NCBI GenBank assembly: GCA_052033375.1
Contig: JBPOJQ010000006.1
Location: forward strand, 24,791 to 88,790
Origin: Candidatus Magasanikiibacteriota bacterium
GTDB lineage: Bacteria > Patescibacteriota > Patescibacteriia > Magasanikbacterales > UBA922
Direction: 5' to 3'
DNA: 64,000 nt
Shown: positions 58,238-64,000 of the stretch, in pieces
Layout: the number at the start of each line of letters is the position of its first letter
Position numbering within the stretch: the stretch's first letter is position 1
Position numbers and translations under genes: made by a program
Notes under the pieces: generated by a model
What the model was told of the DNA's origin: nothing
Databases searched by the model: none
What the model saw: the letters and a program-made list of their open reading frames with translations, nothing else

Positions 58238-59656
58238 TTATCCATACTCTTCCTCATCTGTCACAATCTCCTCACCCGAATCAGTCACAACACGCTTTTT
58301 TTGCCCATTTGCATGAGTCGTAGGAGCTTCGGAAGCAGGCGCAGGTATAAATTCCACCGGCAATCCAGAAGGAGGTTCTGCAGCCTTGTTTGCTGCTTTC
58401 TGAAGCAAAGGTACTTTTACATGAGACATTGGGAAATGCCAAATAGTAGCGAGCTCTTCAATATTCAATACATACGCATGTACTTCAAGATCCATTGAAC
58501 GACTCCGATAGGCTTCAATATATTTTGCTTTTTTCTTATCTGAAGAAGCTTGTGCGCCGACTACAATAGAATTAGCAGTAGGAATATTGAATTGACTCAC
58601 TGATCCGATGAGCGCAGTGACTCCGCGCGAAGGATTAAATACCTCTTTGCGTGCAAGATAGACTGCACGGATATTAGTCTCAAAACCAATTTTTTGTATC
58701 TTTTTTTCCATTGACTCTACCAATTTTACCTGTCCAGGAGTCATATACTTCAATTGATTCTTATCTTTTGACTCTTCATGTTCTTCATGATGAGCACCAC
58801 CCATTCCCGCTATCTGTCTCCCCGCTTCCTGCAGAAGCCCCTTCCCTTCGGTTATAAGAAAATTATCAGTAATAAAACTCAATGGTGACCCATGGCCATG
58901 CCCATGACTATCTTCTTCCCCAATAAATTCTTTAATTTTTGCAATTACTGATTCTTTCCAGGAATTATCTATTGGTCGTACCAAAATCTGAAACCACATC
59001 TGTTCCCCATGCCCAATCCGAGAAAAACTCTCGAGCATCGTACCCATCGGATCCTTCAATACAGTGTCTTTTGAAATACTATGTTCGAATTCTTCATAAC
59101 TCCGAATAGGAAAAGCAGCATTTTCTGCAAGAGCAAAATCAGCAGCCCATACATCATACTCAGCATTGGGAAAACGTGTGGGGGCGGCTGTAGTATAATC
59201 CTCGACTTCAGTAATTTCTGCATCAGGATACTGTGCATAAATCGCTGTCTCAATCAAATCACGATATTGCTCTTCAGTCCATACTAAAAACTGAATGTAC
59301 CCTTCGATACTAATCACTTCAAAGCTAAACCATTTTTGCTTATACCCCTGATAAAATTTTCCTTTCAAATCCGGCTTACTAAATACACCCGCCAAATGAC
59401 TAAAAAGCTGTTCGACCGCTTTTGGAGTCTGTACATTAAGCTGCGGAATATCAATCGCAAGCACGACATATTTCCAATGATGCATTGTCTGATGCACCTT
59501 CATATGATGATAGGTATCAAGAATTTCTTTCAGCAAGAAATTAACGATCGGTACCCAGAGAAAAATAGCAAATAACTGAATAAGGATTATCAACGGTGGC
59601 TGATCGATAAAATCAAGAATTGATGAAAAATTGAAATCAAATAAGCCGAACTCCAT
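58238..59656 (-). CDS. hypothetical membrane-anchored protein sharing an N-terminal domain with the TraG/VirD4-like ATPase at 33287-35863
   Basis: N-terminal TM. A domain ...KVHQTMHHWKYVVLAIDIPQ...AQYPDAEITEVEDY aligns to the N-terminus of the 33287 protein. Length is 472 aa. Confidence 0.5.
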   Translation of the reverse strand: MEFGLFDFNFSSILDFIDQPPLIILIQLFAIFLWVPIVNFLLKEILDTYHHMKVHQTMHHWKYVVLAIDIPQLNVQTPKAVEQLFSHLAGVFSKPDLKGKFYQGYKQKWFSFEVISIEGYIQFLVWTEEQYRDLIETAIYAQYPDAEITEVEDYTTAAPTRFPNAEYDVWAADFALAENAAFPIRSYEEFEHSISKDTVLKDPMGTMLESFSRIGHGEQMWFQILVRPIDNSWKESVIAKIKEFIGEEDSHGHGHGSPLSFITDNFLITEGKGLLQEAGRQIAGMGGAHHEEHEESKDKNQLKYMTPGQVKLVESMEKKIQKIGFETNIRAVYLARKEVFNPSRGVTALIGSVSQFNIPTANSIVVGAQASSDKKKAKYIEAYRSRSMDLEVHAYVLNIEELATIWHFPMSHVKVPLLQKAANKAAEPPSGLPVEFIPAPASEAPTTHANGQKKRVVTDSGEEIVTDEEEYG

Positions 59657-59669
59657 ACAAAATCAAATT

Positions 59670-59852
59670 CTAGTGATGTCCCCCGCCAGAAGAAGGGTTG
59701 ACGAGCTTGTAGACAATCGGATATATCACCAACACCACAACAGCTGAAAGCCACCAGCCGAGTGTTCCTGCGACATACCCCGCAAGAAACACAACAACAA
59801 ACGCAGCAGTAGCTAGAAAAGCGATAATGTGACGAGTAGAATTGTCGGTCAT
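59670..59852 (-). CDS. small 2-TM membrane protein
   Basis: MTDNSTRHIIAFLATAAFVVVFLAGYVAGTLGWWLSAVVVLVIYPIVY. The ORF extends to 59900. Confidence 0.4.
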   Translation of the reverse strand: MTDNSTRHIIAFLATAAFVVVFLAGYVAGTLGWWLSAVVVLVIYPIVYKLVNPSSGGGHH

Positions 59853-59974
59853 AGAGAATATATTATGAAAAAAGTATAGCACAGATGCATCAAATTCCAA
59901 AATACACTATTCAAATTAAAAACCCCCAGAAACATACATGTATACGGGGGTTTTTATGTATCAATCCTGAGGTA

Positions 59975-60955
59975 TTACTTTCGATGAGACCAATTGTGCC
60001 AACTCACCAAAAGCGAAGACGCAATAAATATTGAAGAATACGTACCAAAGAAAATACCAACAATCAACGCAAGAACAAAATATCTGATAGATTCTCCTCC
60101 AAAGAAAAATAATGAAGTGAGTACGATGAGAACGGTGACCGAAGTATTAATCGAACGCACAAATGTTTCATTAAACGCACGATTCACCAATCCAATGAAA
60201 TCACTCGTGCCATAACGAGTCAAATTTTCACGAATTCGATCAAAGACGACAATAGTGTCATTGATAGAATATCCAAGAATAGTAAGAAGTGCGACGACAA
60301 ACGGAATACCTACTTCCACACCATAGAAATGCCCGAGCAATGCAAATACTCCAAGTGTAATGATAATATCATGAAACAGTGCAACAATAGCTGCGGCACC
60401 ATATTTCCATGAAGCAACCGGACGTGAAACTTTTCTGAAAGTATACGCAATATAGAGACCAATCGTGAAGACCACGAATAGTACCGCCTGGATTGAACGC
60501 TCTTTTAGTGACTCGCTGATAGTAGCACCTACCGTCTCCACGCTTTTTTCTAATACACGATTTTCTGGAGTAGAAGAAGTCGCCCCTGTCTCAAATTTTG
60601 TACGTGCATCGCTAAGAATTTTCTGATGCTCTGTCTCAGTGACAAAACGGAGACGAAGCAAATATCCATCTTCCCCGACTGGCTGCACGACAGACGCTCC
60701 ATAGGTCTCTTGAGGCAATATTGACTGCATGTCTTCGAGTGAAGGTCGTGTGTGTGTAAAACCAAGCTCAATTGCTGATCCTCCAGTAAAATCAATTCCT
60801 GGCTTCAATCCATACATAACCAAACTCACTACACTCACCACCACAAAAAACAATGAGATCAGGAAAAAATAATTTCGTTTTGCTACAAATGCAATATTCA
60901 TATGATTATGATTGTTCAGGCGAGTGACCTCCGCCAAGGAATAATTTTCCGCCAT
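59975..60955 (-). CDS. secF: protein translocase subunit SecF
   Basis: MAENYSLAEVTRLNNH... resembles the E. coli SecF N-terminus. GLKPGIDFTGGS. 6 TM. The start at 60955 overlaps the secD 3' end by about 50 nt. An alternative start MNIAF lies at 60901. Confidence 0.8.
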   Translation of the reverse strand: MAENYSLAEVTRLNNHNHMNIAFVAKRNYFFLISLFFVVVSVVSLVMYGLKPGIDFTGGSAIELGFTHTRPSLEDMQSILPQETYGASVVQPVGEDGYLLRLRFVTETEHQKILSDARTKFETGATSSTPENRVLEKSVETVGATISESLKERSIQAVLFVVFTIGLYIAYTFRKVSRPVASWKYGAAAIVALFHDIIITLGVFALLGHFYGVEVGIPFVVALLTILGYSINDTIVVFDRIRENLTRYGTSDFIGLVNRAFNETFVRSINTSVTVLIVLTSLFFFGGESIRYFVLALIVGIFFGTYSSIFIASSLLVSWHNWSHRK

Positions 60956-62951
60956 CGCGTTTTTTGAACCATGGCACGACGAATCTGAGCAATACACGAG
61001 TAACAGTAATCGCACTAAACATACTCACCAAAATACCTATAATCAAAGTAACCGCAAATCCTTTGACAAAGCTCGTGCCCAACCAAATCAATAATGCGCA
61101 GGTGATAAGTGTCGATACATTTCCATCTCGAATCGAAGTCCATGCCCGTTTGAATCCCTCTTCAACCGCAACTTTGAGACTTTTTCCACGCTGCAATTCT
61201 TCCTTCATACGTTCAAAGATAAGGACATTCGCATCCACCGCCATTCCAACAGAAAGAATAAATCCTGCAATTCCCGCAAGCGTAAGCGTAACTCCAATAA
61301 ACTTGAATATTGCAAGTGTAAGTACGATATAGAGCGAAAGAGAGATAACTGATAAAAATCCAGGCAATCGATAATAGAAGAACATGAAGAGCATGATCAC
61401 CAACACACCAATCACACCAGCCTTCACACTCATAGTGACTGATTCCTGTCCGAGAGAAGCACCTACCGTCTGCTGACTTGCTAATTCCACGGGAACAGGT
61501 AATGCTCCAGCATTGAGACGCTGTGTCAACGTGCGAGCCTCCTGTACATTACCACTACCAGTAATTACCGCCCGTCCATCTCTGATAACTGTCTGGACAG
61601 TCGGCGCACTGATAATCTCGCCATCGAGGAAAATAGCAACTGTCTTTCCCAAATTTCGTTCTGTAATTTCAGAAAATAATTTGGTACCCTCATCATTAAA
61701 ATTCAAAGCTACTTGTACAGCACCTGTCTGCTGATCAGTAACAACTTCAGACCGTGCAAGCTGTTTTCCTGATAAGCCAGTCTCTTTCCATTGATCGACC
61801 GGGGGGACAATATCTTCTTTTGCCTGAGTTTCAATCAAGATTCTCCATACTTCATATTCTTTTGCAATACGTTCATCTTGCCTGAAAATAATATGAAAAC
61901 CAAATTGCGTCTCGACAGGTCCGATAATTTGCCCGTTCTGTGCACTGAAAAGTGCGGTTTCAAATTCAGGAACAGTAAGACCTGCAGGTACCCATCCCAA
62001 ATTCCCCTGATTCGACGATACCGTCGGATCAGTCGAATTCGCTGTTGCAAGCTCAGCAAAATTATCACCCGTAGCCTGCGCATAGATCTCCTCAGCCTTT
62101 GCTCGAGCTTCTTCTTTGGTATACTGAGGCGCATTACAATTAGTGGCACCGAGATAACAAATCAAAATATGACTTGCAAGCACTTCTTTTCCCCCATCTT
62201 GCTCACGTCCACGTTTCAAAATATTGTATCCATCCGCTGTCTCAACCAATTTTGCTGAAACCATTCCTTCAGTCGAGCTTGCAGCCCATGAATAAATTTC
62301 AGGATATATGTTAGTCGCGCTCACGTATGAAAGATAACCCCCGTTCACCTTACTCTGTTCATCTTCTGATAATTCACGCGCAACATCTTCGATTTTTTCA
62401 CCTTTCTTTACGCGACTAAGAATTTTCTCAGCTCGTTTTTTTGCATCAACATTATATGCGCGCATTGCTTGTTCTTCTTCAGCAGTCAATTCTCGAGCAG
62501 GTTCAGTATTTTGTTCTTTGAATTCCAAAATAGGAGTCTGGCCAATCAAATTAGTAGCTTCAGTGATATCTTGCATTCCCGGTAAATCCACTGTGAGACG
62601 ATATGAGTCACCAACTTTACTTGTTTGCACTTGAGGTTCTGATACTCCGATTCCACTAACTCGACGTTCAATAACATCGCGCACACCTTCAAGTGCTCCT
62701 GCTCGTTCTGTTTCACCAATCGAACTCATGTCTGCTTCGTATACCAAATGCGCTCCACCCTGAAGATCAAGACCTAATTGGAATGGTTTTTCAGACACCT
62801 CAGGGATACCTAATCCAGAGGAATTCAGCCATCGGATAAGCTTATTTGCAGGTTGCGGGTATACAAAAGTACCCGATACAATCAAAAGCGCGAATATTCC
62901 AACAATTCCCCATTTAATTTTCGATCGAATGTCTGTGTTTCTGTGGCTCAT
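60906..62951 (-). CDS. secD: protein translocase subunit SecD carrying two tandem parvulin-type (PpiC) PPIase domains in its periplasmic region
   Basis: SecD N-terminal TM and periplasmic head. C-terminal 6-TM bundle. Two inserted segments with parvulin signatures (…NGGYLSYVS…EIYSWAA… and ASHILICY…GNLGWVPAGLTVPEFETALFSAQNGQIIGPVETQFGFHIIF). Confidence 0.85.
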   Translation of the reverse strand: MSHRNTDIRSKIKWGIVGIFALLIVSGTFVYPQPANKLIRWLNSSGLGIPEVSEKPFQLGLDLQGGAHLVYEADMSSIGETERAGALEGVRDVIERRVSGIGVSEPQVQTSKVGDSYRLTVDLPGMQDITEATNLIGQTPILEFKEQNTEPARELTAEEEQAMRAYNVDAKKRAEKILSRVKKGEKIEDVARELSEDEQSKVNGGYLSYVSATNIYPEIYSWAASSTEGMVSAKLVETADGYNILKRGREQDGGKEVLASHILICYLGATNCNAPQYTKEEARAKAEEIYAQATGDNFAELATANSTDPTVSSNQGNLGWVPAGLTVPEFETALFSAQNGQIIGPVETQFGFHIIFRQDERIAKEYEVWRILIETQAKEDIVPPVDQWKETGLSGKQLARSEVVTDQQTGAVQVALNFNDEGTKLFSEITERNLGKTVAIFLDGEIISAPTVQTVIRDGRAVITGSGNVQEARTLTQRLNAGALPVPVELASQQTVGASLGQESVTMSVKAGVIGVLVIMLFMFFYYRLPGFLSVISLSLYIVLTLAIFKFIGVTLTLAGIAGFILSVGMAVDANVLIFERMKEELQRGKSLKVAVEEGFKRAWTSIRDGNVSTLITCALLIWLGTSFVKGFAVTLIIGILVSMFSAITVTRVLLRFVVPWFKKRDGGKLFLGGGHSPEQS

Positions 62952-63074
62952 AAGTTAGTGGTCACTATCAATTAGAATGAGCGGTATTTTACGATACATT
63001 GTCTATAGAGTCAAGTTCAGATATACACCCCAAATCAGGCCCGTATGGTATATACAGAAAATGTTTTAATTTAC

Positions 63075-63899
63075 CTAAGGGCTCCCTAGTGGGGGGACGA
63101 CTATCATCGCGGTGCGTCTACCGACTATCGGCTCATGATCCCCGGTCTCATAATCTCGAAAGGATGCCTCAAAATTATGATATGAATAGGTAAATCCCTG
63201 CCCCAGGCGAGTACCCGGATCATTGGTAATAATATGATCCTTCGTATCATCATACCCAATTACAACGAGCATATGTCGCTCAGGTCCGCCGTTCAAAAAA
63301 TTCGGATTATCAAGAATTTGCCCATCAAATGGAATGATAAGGACATTCCCCGCTGCAAGCTCATGCTTCACATCATCGAGAGTAATATCATATTCCACTC
63401 GACCACCGGTATAGCCATAAAATTCTTTCAGTAATCGACCATACGTATCTTCGGCCGACGTATCACGGTAGCTGCCATACTGACGCTCTTCCCAATTAGA
63501 CATACTGGTTATCTCCTCAAGTGCTTCTTGTCTGGTGAGATCTCTGCCATTTGCCCATTTCCACGCCATAATAACTGATGCTTCCTCACATCCATCCTGC
63601 TGACGCTGGTCGCTCCAATCACCAAATGGAGCTTGGGGAGTAAATGGAACATCAAGTAGAACTTTTGTTGGTAATTCTACAACCGAAGGAGTGCTGGTAG
63701 ATGTAGCCTGGGTTTCTACGCCTTCTGTATCTTCTTCATCTGTCCGAACAGGTGAAGAAGATGAAATTGTAATTGGGGTATTATCTACCGAAGAAATTAC
63801 TGGTGGACGACTTTGTGAAAAAAAATAATTAGCTGCAAAAAAACTTGCAACAAGGACTGCTGAACCGAGCGCTAATATACTTATGAGACGTTTAAACAT
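63075..63899 (-). CDS. membrane-anchored papain-like cysteine peptidase domain protein (C39-like/PF13529-type)
   Basis: N-terminal TM and Ser/Thr-rich linker. A domain with QQDGCEEASVIMAWKWANG, where the Cys follows a Q and a His lies downstream. Confidence 0.55.
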   Translation of the reverse strand: MFKRLISILALGSAVLVASFFAANYFFSQSRPPVISSVDNTPITISSSSPVRTDEEDTEGVETQATSTSTPSVVELPTKVLLDVPFTPQAPFGDWSDQRQQDGCEEASVIMAWKWANGRDLTRQEALEEITSMSNWEERQYGSYRDTSAEDTYGRLLKEFYGYTGGRVEYDITLDDVKHELAAGNVLIIPFDGQILDNPNFLNGGPERHMLVVIGYDDTKDHIITNDPGTRLGQGFTYSYHNFEASFRDYETGDHEPIVGRRTAMIVVPPLGSP

Positions 63900-64000
63900 A
63901 TTCTAAACAATCTGTGATAAATCACCATTAATAATCACTGGTCTTACAGCCTCAATCTCTGACTTATAATAAGGAATCTCAGGAATCGGATTATAGAGAA

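Noticed and set aside
1-64000. CRISPR arrays, rRNA genes, transposase or integrase genes
   Set aside because: No regularly spaced direct repeats, no rRNA-like conserved stretches, and no ORF with DDE/tyrosine-recombinase motifs were seen. The mobile-looking regions lack an identifiable recombinase.

Overview
This 64 kb window reads as a compact, moderately AT-rich bacterial chromosome segment, probably from a Patescibacteria/CPR-like organism. That placement is an inference from the gene set and style: archaeal-type UMP kinase, small tightly packed housekeeping genes, and weak Shine-Dalgarno use.

Housekeeping content:
- Translation and replication: gltX, an RlmB/SpoU methyltransferase, fmt, cysS, dnaX, dnaG, rpoD, folD, dus.
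- Stress and redox: clpB (with a CIRCE-like operator), sod, a DsbA-like protein, rhodanese.
- Secretion: secDF.
- Cell envelope: M23/LysM peptidases, GT2, a Mur ligase, TagA.
- Fe-S assembly operon, all on the minus strand: iscR-nifS-sufB-[GC-rich insert]-sufD-sufS-sufU-sufC-sufT-GIY-YIG-ferredoxin.

The most striking feature is a roughly 4.8 kb very AT-rich island. It sits immediately downstream of a tRNA-Gln(CUG) gene that is followed by two degenerate direct repeats of the tRNA 3' end (att-like scars). The island carries a tight three-gene operon:
- an OLD-family ABC-ATPase+TOPRIM nuclease (GajA/AriAB-like);
- a 487-aa protein of unknown function with a possible PD-(D/E)xK core;
- a 260-aa HExxH metallopeptidase.
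No UvrD-type helicase partner is present. I propose this is a horizontally acquired, possibly undescribed anti-phage defense module.

Other notable structure:
- Several compositionally anomalous GC-rich islands. Three are non-coding-looking loci, two of them bounded by a near-consensus sigma70 promoter and an intrinsic terminator (candidate structured RNAs of unassigned class). One is a GC-rich insert inside the suf operon. Two carry small ORFs, including an HNH-like gene.
- A dispersed small hairpin repeat family that brackets a GIY-YIG gene.
- A SecD with two parvulin (PpiC) domains inserted in its periplasmic region.

No rRNA genes or CRISPR arrays were found.
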